64,000 nt of DNA from Sphaerochaetaceae bacterium (GCA_963677635.2 CAXXXN010000002.1:4724-68723), one strand, 5' to 3'. Positions 17,438 to 27,502 are shown, counted from the first letter of the stretch. The notes: a model not told the origin generated them from the letters alone. Numbers and translations: made by a program.

Positions 17438-18523
17438 ATGAGTTTTACTGATTATAACAAATTAATAAAGGAATTATATATACCAGAAATAATTAATCTA
17501 ATTACAGGTATTTATGAATATAAGGGTAAACAACAATTATTTATAGAATCTAAGGCAGATGTGTTAGGCTCTTTATTAAATATTGCAGAAATTCAAAGTA
17601 TTGAATCTTCAAATAGAATTGAATGAATTTATACTTCAAATAAAAGAATAAAAGAATTAATTAATGATAGTACTAAACCAATCGATAGAAATGAAGAAGA
17701 AATATTAGGATATAGAGATGTATTCACAACAATACATGAGAATTATAATTTTATTTCTATTTCACCTAATATAATTTTACAACTTCACAGAGATTTATAT
17801 AAATATAATAATAACTATTTTGTTGGCATGTGGAAAAATTCTGATAATATTATTGAAGGAATTGATCAAAGTGGAAAACATTTTGTTAGATTTAAACCTT
17901 TAGCTGCATATAAAACCCCTGATGCTATGAGTTCACTTTGTGATGAATATAATAAAGCAATTATAGAAAATAAAATTTAACCTTTATTACTAATTACTAA
18001 ATTTATATTAGATTTTTTATGTATTCATCCTTTTCCTGATGGAAATGGAAGAATGAGTAGATTATTGACTATTTTATTGTTATATAAAGAAGGTTATCTA
18101 GTTCCTAAATATATTAGCTTTGAAAAGCTTATTGAAGATACAAAAGATGAATATTATATAAGCTTATATGAAAGTTCATTAGGTTGGGTAGCCAATAATA
18201 ATTCTAATATTCCATTTATTAAATATTACTTATAACTTTTATTAAAAGCATATAAAGAATTTTCATTAAGAGTAGATTTTATTGATATTAATTCAAAAAT
18301 AAGTAAAGGCGATAGAATTAAAAATATATTTGATGATATGTTAAATAGTTATTCCAAAGCTGATATTTTAAATATATGTCCAGATATAAGTAAAATTATG
18401 GTTGAGAAAACTCTTAATCAATTATTAAATGAAAAATTTATTATTAAACTAGGGCATAGCAAAAGTACAAAATATATTAGAAATAATACTTTGTGCGAAA
18501 GTGTAAAATTATCATATGTTTAA
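17438..18523 (+). pseudogene. Fic family protein gene inactivated by three in-frame stop codons
   Basis: A single frame throughout carries SIESSNRIE-TGA-IYTS, the Fic motif HPFPDGNGRMSR and a C-terminal wHTH. Stops are at 17624-17626 (TGA), 17977-17979 (TAA) and 18233-18235 (TAA). Confidence 0.8.
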
Positions 18524-18566
18524 AGTTTTAATACTAATATTAATTTAATATTATAATCACAATTTT

Positions 18567-18600
18567 AAGAGGCATATAAACTATTGTTTGAATGCCTCTT
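18567..18600 (+). terminator. Terminator-like hairpin
   Basis: AAGAGGCAT, a 16-nt loop, ATGCCTCTT, then a T-rich tail. It lies between convergent genes. Confidence 0.5.
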
Positions 18601-18715
18601 TCTATTGAATTTATATTTAAAGAAATAATGTCTTAGAATATTATATATGAATTAATAATAGCTTTAAGATATAATAAATATTCTTTTATTAAGCCTCAAG
18701 GTTATTTATTAATAT

Positions 18716-19342
18716 CTATTTAAATATATCATTAAAAGCCATAATATCTTTAAAAAGTGTTTCTTTTGCTAGATCTGTTTTACCTTCTTTTAATAAATTG
18801 ATTAAATAAAGGTGAGTTGCAGCATCAGTTATTTTATGAGCATCCCAGTTTAAATGAAAATATTGATAAGCGTATCTAGAGCATTTATTTAAAGTTGCTT
18901 GGAGGGTATCTTTTAATACTTGATTATTAGTAAAACTACAGAGGAGATTGTGGAAATCCATATTATGGAACCAGTGTTTTGAGACTTCTTTTTCTTCAGC
19001 AAGTTGTCTTCCAACTTTTACATGTTCCATTAATTTTTCAATTATCTCATCGTTAATATTGTTTTTATAAAGATCGAACGCTCCAAGTTCTAGTATTGCT
19101 CTAAGTTCTAAGGTATCTTGTAATTCCTTCATACTAATTTGTGTTAATTGATAGCCACATCTTGGGATACTTTTTAGCATATTTTCTGAACAAAGTTGAG
19201 TTAACGCTTCTCTAACTGGAGCTTTGCTTACTCCATATATTTCCATTAAAGATTTTTCTGTGATAATTTCATTAAGAGAATATTCTCCTTTTAATATTTT
19301 AGAATATTCACTATCGTGGATTTCAGTTTTTAAGTTTTTCAT
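18716..19342 (-). CDS. GntR family transcriptional regulator (FCD-type C-terminal domain)
   Basis: wHTH segment ITEKSLMEIYGVSKAPVREALTQLCSENMLKSIPRCGY plus a helical effector domain. It is the last gene of the minus-strand sugar operon and a paralogue of 34166..34816. Confidence 0.85.
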   Translation of the reverse strand: MKNLKTEIHDSEYSKILKGEYSLNEIITEKSLMEIYGVSKAPVREALTQLCSENMLKSIPRCGYQLTQISMKELQDTLELRAILELGAFDLYKNNINDEIIEKLMEHVKVGRQLAEEKEVSKHWFHNMDFHNLLCSFTNNQVLKDTLQATLNKCSRYAYQYFHLNWDAHKITDAATHLYLINLLKEGKTDLAKETLFKDIMAFNDIFK

Positions 19343-19363
19343 TTCTTTAGTTCTCCTTATTAT

Positions 19364-20197
19364 TTAACCTTTAACCGCGCCTGCCATCAAGTCTTTATTT
19401 TGTAAGCTTTGTAGTAATAAGTAAACAATTATTATTGGAATAATTACTACTGTTGTCCCTGCTAGTATAACTTGCCATGGAGTAGATAATCCATCACTTA
19501 CCGGAAGTAATGATATAGAAACCATTAGAGTAAACTTTTGTGTTTTTCTCAAAAAGAGTAATGGCCAGAAAAAATCGTTCCATCTAGCAACTACTGTCAG
19601 AGAGGCCCAAGATGCTAAAGCTGGTTTAATAACTGGCATTATTATTCTATTAAATATTTTAAAGTCTTTACATCCATCAATTCTAGCAGCTTCAATTAAT
19701 TCATTTGGAACAGCAACAATGTATTGTCTCATATAAAAGATACCAACAGCTGTTGCTATTTTAGGAATAATTAATGACCATAAGCTATTAATTAAATGAA
19801 AATTCTTCATAATTATAAATTGTGGTATAGCTCCAACTTCTGGTGGTATTAGCATTGTTGCAATAACAAAATAGAATAAGAAATCTCTACCAGGGAATTT
19901 ATATTTTGCAAAGGCATACCCCGCTAAGGCACAAAAGTATACTGTTGTTATAGTTCCTACTACTGTAGTAAATAAACTATTACTAAAATGCTGAGCAATA
20001 GGTATTTGTTTAAATAAGTTAATATAGTTACTAAGTGTTGGACTTTCAATATAAAGAGATTTAAATCCACTTATGTTTTCATTTAATCCTTTTAAGGATA
20101 TTATACACATCCAAATTATTGGAAATATGCAAAATAGTACTATAATAAGAAGTAATATATGTAAAATAATTGTTTTATTTGCAGTGTTTGTTTTCAT
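19364..20197 (-). CDS. Carbohydrate ABC transporter permease (MalG-like)
   Basis: EAA loop LIEAARIDGCKDFKIFNRIIMP; 6 TM helices. Confidence 0.9.
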   Translation of the reverse strand: MKTNTANKTIILHILLLIIVLFCIFPIIWMCIISLKGLNENISGFKSLYIESPTLSNYINLFKQIPIAQHFSNSLFTTVVGTITTVYFCALAGYAFAKYKFPGRDFLFYFVIATMLIPPEVGAIPQFIIMKNFHLINSLWSLIIPKIATAVGIFYMRQYIVAVPNELIEAARIDGCKDFKIFNRIIMPVIKPALASWASLTVVARWNDFFWPLLFLRKTQKFTLMVSISLLPVSDGLSTPWQVILAGTTVVIIPIIIVYLLLQSLQNKDLMAGAVKG

Positions 20198-20217
20198 AAT
20201 TTTTATATATAACTCCT

Positions 20218-21096
20218 TTAAATTTCACCACTTCGTTTTCTAATTGTAAATTGTACTAATGAAATTATTAATAATATTAGTATCAATACACAACCAATTG
20301 CCGAAGCATATCCCATCTTAAATATTGTAAAACCACTTTCATACATATATTGGAATAGGGAAGTGTTACTTACTCCAGGTCCTTCTAAAATGTATGGTTC
20401 GTTAAATATTTTCCAAGAATCTACTGTTAATGTAATAAAACAGAAAAATAATATATTTGACAGAGAAGGAAGAGTTATATAAATAAATTGTCTTATTGCA
20501 TTTGCTCCATCAACTTTTGCAGCATCATAAAAGTCTTTATTTATATTCAATAATCCAGATAATATAATCATAGTGAACCATGGTGTATTTCTCCAAATAT
20601 TTAGGATAACTACAGGTATTTTACTTAGCTCTATGCTTGTAAGCCAAGGTTTAGAAGCAATTCCAAAAACATTTAATATTCCATTTAATAGGCCAACGTT
20701 TTCATCAAATAACATTCTAAATATTAATCCCATAGCAATTGCAGCACATACATTTGGTAAAAAAGTAACAGTTTTAAAGAAAGCTCTGTTTCTTAATTTG
20801 TCAGAATTCAGTATTAGTGCAAGTATCATCGCAAATATTAGAATAAATACAACACCACTTATCCAATAAACTATTGTATTAGAAAATGATTTAATAAATA
20901 ATTCATCACTAAAAAGCATTTTATAATTTTTTAATCCAACATTTTTTGGACTTCCAATTCCATTCCATTTTGTAAAACTAATTACTATTGTCCATAGTAA
21001 TGGTACAAACTGAAAGATAAAGAACAGTAGGAAAAATGGAAGTATAAAAAGGTAAGGATATTTGTAATTCTTAAACCCTTTAATAATCTTATTCAT
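20218..21096 (-). CDS. Carbohydrate ABC transporter permease (MalF-like)
   Basis: EAA loop FYDAAKVDGANAIRQFIYITLP; 6 TM helices. Confidence 0.9.
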   Translation of the reverse strand: MNKIIKGFKNYKYPYLFILPFFLLFFIFQFVPLLWTIVISFTKWNGIGSPKNVGLKNYKMLFSDELFIKSFSNTIVYWISGVVFILIFAMILALILNSDKLRNRAFFKTVTFLPNVCAAIAMGLIFRMLFDENVGLLNGILNVFGIASKPWLTSIELSKIPVVILNIWRNTPWFTMIILSGLLNINKDFYDAAKVDGANAIRQFIYITLPSLSNILFFCFITLTVDSWKIFNEPYILEGPGVSNTSLFQYMYESGFTIFKMGYASAIGCVLILILLIISLVQFTIRKRSGEI

Positions 21097-21118
21097 ATAA
21101 TTAAAGCTCCTATTATCT

Positions 21119-21148
21119 AGTATACCTGATTATTTAATCAGGTATACT
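21119..21148 (-). terminator. Intra-operon hairpin after the binding-protein gene
   Basis: Perfect 14-bp arms: AGTATACCTGATTA, tt, TAATCAGGTATACT. It lies between the SBP and permease genes. Confidence 0.5.
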
Positions 21149-21175
21149 ATTAATATTTATTTGTTAAGATTTGTT

Positions 21176-22543
21176 CTAGTTAATTTCAGCAGAACCAATT
21201 TTTGATTTTAAGTTTGAATCAATCTTTGATATAGTTTGATCCATTGTTTGATTGCCTGCAACATAATTTTCAATTTCATTGCTGATAATTGAATCTGCTT
21301 CAGCATCACTCTTTGTAACAATTAGGTTTTTACTTGAATTAGCTAATCCTTGGCCTTCCATTTGTCTAAAGCTTTGTCCACCATAGAACTCACTTGATTC
21401 TTTCCAGAATGGATCATTTAGCATTGCAAGATTAATTGGGTTAGCATAAGGTGCGTTTTGTTCAACCATTGATTTTACCCAAGTTTTTCTCTCTTCATTG
21501 TCACTGTGGAAGTCTTTCCATAATTTTTCAACCAAACCTGAGTAAACTCCTTCTGGTTTGTCTATTACAGCAAAGTAAGATGATACTGGAGCACCAGCTG
21601 TTCCAACACTCTCAAATACTGGAGCACTCATTACTCTCCATTCTCCAGAGGTTTCTGATACATTTTTTCTAATAAATTCATCCCAGAATGCACCAATGTA
21701 GAAGGTAGCTACTTCATGATTTCTCATTGAATCATATAGGGCTGGTTTAAACATTGCTGTTTTTAATAAAAGTCCTTTTGTATTCATTTCATCAAGTGTA
21801 GACAAAGCTAATTTAGTACCCTTGTCACTACCAAATACAACATCTCCATTATCTGCCCAGATTTTTGCATTAGCTTGAGGCATTAAACCTCTTCTTCCCC
21901 AATATCTCCAAGTATAAGAACCTGGATCAATATATGATAAATATACTTCACCATTACTTCTTTCTTTAAGTAATTCTCCAGCTTTGATATAACCTTTCAT
22001 TGTATTCATCATAGTTGGATCTACATTATATTTGTCAAAGATTGCTTTATTATAGAATAAAACTTGAGGTCTTACTGATTCAGGTAGTCCATAAATTTTT
22101 CCATCAACAACTGCATCATTTTCACAACCATCAACGAATTGATCTAATAATGGTGTTAAGAAAGCTGTTTCATCTTTAACAATTCCACCTTCAGCTAAAT
22201 CAATTAAATTAACTGGATCAATATAAACTGCATCAGGTAAATCTTCATAAGCTCCAGATAGGTAAGTCATAGCAATTTTTTCTCTACTATCAGCAGCGCC
22301 TTGAGTTTGTACTATTTCAATACTAACATTTGGAGCAATATCTCTATTATTTTCTAACCATACATCAAAATATTGTTGTAAATATTGTGGTTGTCCATGT
22401 CCATAAATAACAACTGTTCCTTCTGGATAAATAGTTTTTCCATCCTTTGTAACTTGTTGTTTCTCTTCACTTCCTCCTGCAAAAATATTTGTCATTGCAA
22501 GAGCTAAAATTAATAAAAACGCACTAATAATCCTTTTGTTCAT
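21176..22543 (-). CDS. ABC transporter solute-binding protein, sugar type
   Basis: Signal peptide ending NIFAGG. 455 aa, located upstream of the MalF/MalG-type permeases. Confidence 0.8.
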   Translation of the reverse strand: MNKRIISAFLLILALAMTNIFAGGSEEKQQVTKDGKTIYPEGTVVIYGHGQPQYLQQYFDVWLENNRDIAPNVSIEIVQTQGAADSREKIAMTYLSGAYEDLPDAVYIDPVNLIDLAEGGIVKDETAFLTPLLDQFVDGCENDAVVDGKIYGLPESVRPQVLFYNKAIFDKYNVDPTMMNTMKGYIKAGELLKERSNGEVYLSYIDPGSYTWRYWGRRGLMPQANAKIWADNGDVVFGSDKGTKLALSTLDEMNTKGLLLKTAMFKPALYDSMRNHEVATFYIGAFWDEFIRKNVSETSGEWRVMSAPVFESVGTAGAPVSSYFAVIDKPEGVYSGLVEKLWKDFHSDNEERKTWVKSMVEQNAPYANPINLAMLNDPFWKESSEFYGGQSFRQMEGQGLANSSKNLIVTKSDAEADSIISNEIENYVAGNQTMDQTISKIDSNLKSKIGSAEIN

Positions 22544-22552
22544 TTTTTACTC

Positions 22553-23509
22553 CTATATTCTAGCTGCTTTAACAGCATTTTTTATTCTTTGATAAGAAAT
22601 TTCTGTAGGTAGCGTACAATCAGCTCCAAATATAAATTTCTTTTTTCCTTGTTTATCAATAATAGATTTAATTTCATTTTCTAATTCTTCATCAGTTCCA
22701 TCTACTAAAACACCACTTCTATTTGCAATACCACCCATTATTGTAGTATCGTTAAATAGTTCTCTTCCTTCTTCTAAACTAAAGTTTGTTTCATAAACAC
22801 CCCAGTTAACAATATCAGCTAAATCTGTGTATGATTTGTAGCGTGACATTTCAAGATTCTCTTTGCAAGCATGTAACAAAACTTTTGCATTATTATCTTT
22901 AGCTGTTTTCATTATTTGTTTGTCAAAAGGTGCTATTATATTTGAAAATTCTTGATCAGTGAAATAATGTTTTTCAGCCCCTAGTGCTGCTAAGTATATT
23001 CCATCAGCTCCAGCTTTTATAACCTCTTCAGTTAAATAACACATTGCATCAGTTATTCTTTGACAAGCATCTGTGTAGGGAATTGGATTTTCTCTATAAT
23101 GTTTTACTTGTAATTCTCTAACAGGAACATAGCCATATCTTGCTTCAATAGGGTGAATACTTGATGCACATACACTATGTATTGTTACTAGAGAAAATGT
23201 ATCACTGTCGCATTTGTCTAAGATTCTTTTAACAAGTTCAACTTCTTTTTGAATAAATGATGATTTTCTAGTAAATGTTGGAATTTTATTCCAATCTTCA
23301 GCTTTTTTTATTTCACCAAAATCAGGAACTAAATTCTCATTCATTATCTTCATTATATCTACATCAGTTTCTTTATAGAAATCTAGATGAGCCTTTATTA
23401 CTTCTTCAGTGCTAGTTATTTCTTTTGGAAAGTGTAGTGAAAAACTTACTGGTACAAAATCTACTTCAGTACCATTTATGGCACTTAATACTCTTTCACG
23501 TTTTGTCAT
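22553..23509 (-). CDS. Uroporphyrinogen decarboxylase (URO-D) family protein
   Basis: The N-terminus (MTKRERVLSAINGTEVDFVPVSF) and the 318-aa TIM-barrel layout are typical of URO-D/MtaA-like proteins. It is the first gene of the operon. Confidence 0.55.
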   Translation of the reverse strand: MTKRERVLSAINGTEVDFVPVSFSLHFPKEITSTEEVIKAHLDFYKETDVDIMKIMNENLVPDFGEIKKAEDWNKIPTFTRKSSFIQKEVELVKRILDKCDSDTFSLVTIHSVCASSIHPIEARYGYVPVRELQVKHYRENPIPYTDACQRITDAMCYLTEEVIKAGADGIYLAALGAEKHYFTDQEFSNIIAPFDKQIMKTAKDNNAKVLLHACKENLEMSRYKSYTDLADIVNWGVYETNFSLEEGRELFNDTTIMGGIANRSGVLVDGTDEELENEIKSIIDKQGKKKFIFGADCTLPTEISYQRIKNAVKAARI

Positions 23510-23527
23510 TAATATGATCTCCTCTAA

Positions 23528-23567
23528 TATGATTACTAATCATACCAGAGATATGATTAGATGGCAA
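23528..23567 (-). promoter_or_regulatory. Promoter with palindromic operator overlapping the -10
   Basis: On the minus strand: TTGCCA (23567-23562), 17-nt spacer, TATGAT (23544-23539). A 17-bp perfect palindrome TATGATTACTAATCATA sits at 23528-23544, with an extra half-site ATATGATTAG at 23551-23560. Confidence 0.55.
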
Positions 23568-23834
23568 GAAAAAAATAAATAATTAATAGTTTATTATTAT
23601 GTTGTATTTAAGTCCTTATATTAAAAACAATTAAATCGTTTGTTTGCTTATTAATTTTGCTTTTTACTGCTATTTGTTTGTTAAAAAAACTCTTATATTA
23701 TTATTTGTTTCATTTTTTATATGGGTTAGTTTTAATGCCTAACTTATAACTAATAATACTATTTTTATACAAAATAACTCACATAATAATTGTTTTGAAT
23801 TTGTTAATTTTATATCCTAATTTTTAACCACTTA

Positions 23835-24806
23835 TTAGTAAGAGAAAAATTCAGGTATATATAACATTTCTGTTTTATCCTTGTCCTTTGTTTTTGTAAT
23901 GAATTCTGTAATTTCATTCCTTGTTGGCATAGAAATACTAGTCCCCAGTTTTGTAACAGAAAGGTTTGACACAATGGAAGCATATTTTACAGCTTCGAAT
24001 AAATTATAACCTAAACTTAAGCCAGCAAGTAATCCACCATTGTAGGCATCTCCAGCACCTGTTGAATCAATAACCTTTACATCATAATTATCAATTATTT
24101 CTTCTATTTCTCTATTATTAAAATAGACGCCCTTTTTGCCAAGCGTAATAATTACATTTTCAACCTTTTTATCGAAAAGGTAGTTTGCTATTTTTCTGTA
24201 ATCTTCAATATTTTCACACTTATGATTTGTAAGTTGAGCGGCTTCTGTTTCATTTGGTGTAATAAGGTATAAATGATCAAGCATTGATTTACAAATATCA
24301 CTGTAAGGCGCTGGATTTAGAATTATTTTAATATTTAACTTTTTTGCTTTTTCAATTATATAAAGCATAGCATCTTCATTTATTTCAAGCTGTACTAATA
24401 AGTATTCTATTTCTTTAAATTTATTAAAAACTAAGTCAATTTCACTTTTAGTAAAAGTATTACAAGCTCCAGGAACAACTATGATTTCATTGTTTTTAGT
24501 AATTTCATTTACTAATATCAATGCAATACCAGTGGTTTCTTTGTTACATTGAATTACATTATTAGTATTAATATTATTCTCTTTTAAACTAGATAATGCC
24601 ATATTACCAAAATCATCCACTCCTATCTTAGTGGAAAAAATTAAATTAGCTCCAGCTTTTTTTGCAGCAATAGCTTGGTTTAACCCCTTGCCACCAGGAC
24701 TTAATTTAAAATAAGAACCCTTTACGGTTTCTCCTTCTTTGGGAAAATGAGGAGCTCTTGCCATTGCATCAGTAACATAACTACCTATAACACCTACTTT
24801 AATCAT
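23835..24806 (-). CDS. PfkB family carbohydrate kinase, ribokinase-like
   Basis: Motifs PGGKGLNQAIAAKKAGA and DSTGAGDAYNGGLLAGL. Confidence 0.85.
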   Translation of the reverse strand: MIKVGVIGSYVTDAMARAPHFPKEGETVKGSYFKLSPGGKGLNQAIAAKKAGANLIFSTKIGVDDFGNMALSSLKENNINTNNVIQCNKETTGIALILVNEITKNNEIIVVPGACNTFTKSEIDLVFNKFKEIEYLLVQLEINEDAMLYIIEKAKKLNIKIILNPAPYSDICKSMLDHLYLITPNETEAAQLTNHKCENIEDYRKIANYLFDKKVENVIITLGKKGVYFNNREIEEIIDNYDVKVIDSTGAGDAYNGGLLAGLSLGYNLFEAVKYASIVSNLSVTKLGTSISMPTRNEITEFITKTKDKDKTEMLYIPEFFSY

Positions 24807-25483
24807 ACATTTAATCCTTTTGTTTCTTGTTCTTCGAGAGTTTTGAAATTATTTATATCTTCTAATAAATATTTTAATGCACGTTGTTTATCTCCATATA
24901 GAATTGCATTTACAATTTCAAAGTGACAATTGCAATCACTAACAATGTTTTCAGTGTGATAATTTGTCCAATAAGCTTGAGCATAGGCTATGCCTAATAT
25001 TTTCATTGCTTCAGCTAGTCTTTTTTTTGTATATGAATTTCTAAATAATGAAATTAATAATAAATGGAATTGGGTGTTTAATTGCCAATATTCTAAGGCT
25101 GTTTTTGTTTTACATCCATCTTGATAGTTTTTATCAACGAATTCCTTTAGTCTTAATACTTTTATTTCACTTATATCATCCCAAAAAAAATCGACTGATG
25201 TATATTCAATTAAAATTCTAAATTTAGTTATCTCTTCAATATCTTTTTCAGTAAAACTACAAATTTGATAACCATAGCGAGGAATACTGGTTAAAAAGCC
25301 ATTATTCTTTAATTCTAATAAAGCTTCTCTGATTGGTGATTTACTAACATTAAATTCATCAACAAGTCCTTTTTCAGTAATAATGTCATAGGATTTATAT
25401 TCGCATTTAATGATTCTACTTAATATTATTTCATAATAAATTTCTTTTTTTGATTTTTGACTTTTCTTAATTTGTACGTTCAA
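24803..25483 (-). CDS. GntR family transcriptional regulator (FCD-type)
   Basis: wHTH segment ITEKGLVDEFNVSKSPIREALLELKNNGFLTSIPRYGY. It ends in TGA, within an ATGA overlap with the kinase start. Confidence 0.85.
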   Translation of the reverse strand: MNVQIKKSQKSKKEIYYEIILSRIIKCEYKSYDIITEKGLVDEFNVSKSPIREALLELKNNGFLTSIPRYGYQICSFTEKDIEEITKFRILIEYTSVDFFWDDISEIKVLRLKEFVDKNYQDGCKTKTALEYWQLNTQFHLLLISLFRNSYTKKRLAEAMKILGIAYAQAYWTNYHTENIVSDCNCHFEIVNAILYGDKQRALKYLLEDINNFKTLEEQETKGLNV

Positions 25484-25640
25484 TTATTTCTCTCCTTAAA
25501 AGTTCCCGTTATTTTTTATTAAGTAATTTTCTTTATTTAGTTTTTGCTATCAACCCTTAATTTTGTTTTCTTAAATTAAGGATTTTTGATTATCGAATTA
25601 TGTTTCGAAAAATTCTTGAAAAATAAATTTAAAAAAATCC

Positions 25641-25708
25641 TTGCATTATTTTAATTCAGTGCTAGACTATTACTAATATATCACTGGTCATATCAGTAAT
25701 ATATCACT
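25641..25708 (+). promoter_or_regulatory. Promoter plus repeated operator-like elements
   Basis: TTGCAT (25641-25646), 16-nt spacer, TAGACT (25663-25668). A direct repeat TAATATATCACT occurs at 25674-25685 and 25697-25708. It flanks the inverted repeat ACTGGTCATATCAGT (25683-25697). Confidence 0.5.
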
Positions 25709-25749
25709 AATGTTATTAAAAATCAAATATTATTTTAAGGAGAATTAAA

Positions 25750-26238
25750 ATGATTGAAAACATTGAAAACGAAGTAGATGTAGTAGCAGCAACAAACAGA
25801 GCACAGATTGAACATCGTGCTGCCTGGATGGGTTTAATTTATGACGAAATGAAAAAGGCTGGTATTGATCCTGAACCAATAATGAGAAAAGCAATTACTC
25901 GTCGTGGGGAAATGGATGGAAAAAGATTCTTAGCAAAATGTAAGAATCCAGAAGATGTAAGAGATTTCAGAGTAGCATTTTTAGATAAATGTGGTGTTGA
26001 TTCTTTTAATATGGATTCAATTGAAGCAACTGAAGATGAATTACATATTTCTTTCCATTACTGTGCTTTAGTTAATTCTTGGAAGAAATTAGGTTTTGAT
26101 GATGCAACTTGTGAATTACTTTGTGATATGGCAATGGACGGAGATCGTGGTATTGCTAAATCAATGGGCTTAGAATTAGACCTTTCTGACACAATTGCAA
26201 AGGGTTGTAAGACTTGTGAATTAAGATTTCATAAATAA
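25750..26238 (+). CDS. Small cytoplasmic protein, possibly ATC-hydrolase-like
   Basis: 162 aa with a C-terminal Cys pattern (CELLCDMAMDGD...GCKTCELRF) reminiscent of the L-2-amino-thiazoline-4-carboxylate hydrolase family. The assignment is weak. Confidence 0.3.
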   Translation: MIENIENEVDVVAATNRAQIEHRAAWMGLIYDEMKKAGIDPEPIMRKAITRRGEMDGKRFLAKCKNPEDVRDFRVAFLDKCGVDSFNMDSIEATEDELHISFHYCALVNSWKKLGFDDATCELLCDMAMDGDRGIAKSMGLELDLSDTIAKGCKTCELRFHK

Positions 26239-26267
26239 TTAAATTAAAACAAAAGGAGGTCTTTTTT

Positions 26268-27434
26268 ATGAAAAAGAGTTTAATATTATTATTAATTTGT
26301 TTATTAACTGTAAGTAGTTTATTTGCTAATGGTAATGCTGAAGAAAAAGCAGCAATTGAAGAAGGGTATAAAGGTATAGTAAAACTTGGTGTTTTAGGTC
26401 CTTTAACTGGTACAAATGCAGAATATGGTGTTGGATTCCAAGTAGGTTCACAAATGGCTGCAGATAGAATCAATGCTGCTGGTGGTATTAATGGTTATAA
26501 ACTTTTATTAGAAGTAAATGATTCCAAAGGGGACCAAAAAGAAAGTTCTGACCTAGTAAGACAATTGTGTGATAACAAAGATATTTTAGGTATTGTTGGA
26601 GATTTCACTAGTGGTTGTTGTATGGCTAATGCTCCTATTGTAGACGATGCTGGTATTGTTCAATTATCTCCAACAGCTTCTAATCCTCAATTTGCAGGTA
26701 TGAGTGAGTATTGTTTTAGTATAATGGGTAGACAAGATGGGGAAGCTCCATTCTTTGCAAAATATATTTGCAAGAAATATATGGAACTAGATAACGTTGC
26801 TTTAATTTATATTAATAGTGACTGGGGTGTTTCTGCTGTTAAACACTTTAAAAATGCTGCAGCAGAATGTGACTTAGATGTAGTAGGTGAAGTAAATTAT
26901 GTTCAAGATGAAAAAGACTTTACATCTCTTATTACTAAAGTAAAGTCCTATAATCCTCAAGCTGTTGTTATTTTAGACCAAGGTGCAGTTGCACAAGTTA
27001 TCAATCAAATTAGATCTATGGGTTGGGATATCCCAATTGCAACTCTAGGCCCTGGTACTTCTGAACAACTTATTGGTTTAACTGGAGAAAACTCAGAAGG
27101 TCTAATATTATCAACTCCTTTCTTCTTTGATCCAAATGATGCTGATTTATCAGCTTGGAAAGATGAATTCTATGCAAAAGCAAAATTTAATCCAACTGTT
27201 CACCCTGCTTGTGCTTTTGATTGTGTAAATCTATATGCAAAGGCAATGGAAGCTTGTGGTGATGATATTACTAGAGAAAAGATCAAAGACAATTTACAAA
27301 AAATTAATCATTTCGGATTAACTGGTCCTATTAATTTTAATGTTGATGGCGATATTACAAGATCTTATTTAATTTGTGAAGTTGAAAATGGTCAATATGT
27401 AGTAAAAGAAGGCTTTGATTATTCACAAGAATAA
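26268..27434 (+). CDS. ABC transporter solute-binding protein, LIV / branched-chain amino-acid type
   Basis: Signal peptide ending LFANG. Periplasmic-binding type I pattern (KLGVLGPLTGTNAEYG, GIVGDFTSG). Confidence 0.8.
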   Translation: MKKSLILLLICLLTVSSLFANGNAEEKAAIEEGYKGIVKLGVLGPLTGTNAEYGVGFQVGSQMAADRINAAGGINGYKLLLEVNDSKGDQKESSDLVRQLCDNKDILGIVGDFTSGCCMANAPIVDDAGIVQLSPTASNPQFAGMSEYCFSIMGRQDGEAPFFAKYICKKYMELDNVALIYINSDWGVSAVKHFKNAAAECDLDVVGEVNYVQDEKDFTSLITKVKSYNPQAVVILDQGAVAQVINQIRSMGWDIPIATLGPGTSEQLIGLTGENSEGLILSTPFFFDPNDADLSAWKDEFYAKAKFNPTVHPACAFDCVNLYAKAMEACGDDITREKIKDNLQKINHFGLTGPINFNVDGDITRSYLICEVENGQYVVKEGFDYSQE

Positions 27435-27450
27435 TTAATTTCCACCTATC

Positions 27451-27478
27451 ATAGATGCTTATTTATTTAAGCATCTAT
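27451..27478 (+). terminator. Intra-operon hairpin after the binding-protein gene
   Basis: ATAGATGCTTA, loop tttatt, TAAGCATCTAT: a perfect 11-bp stem. Confidence 0.5.
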
Positions 27479-27502
27479 TGATATTGGAGTTTGGAGGATT
27501 AA

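Noticed and set aside
17624-17626. A TGA sits at the position of the conserved Gly in the Fic IEGI motif. Together with the near absence of TGA stops in the window, this suggested TGA-to-Gly (code 25) or TGA-to-Trp recoding.
   Set aside because: TGA clearly terminates two intact genes in ATGA overlaps (24803-24805 and 48271-48273). Trp is encoded by TGG throughout. All long ORFs are intact under the standard code. The same Fic frame also contains two TAA stops, so ordinary pseudogenisation explains it.
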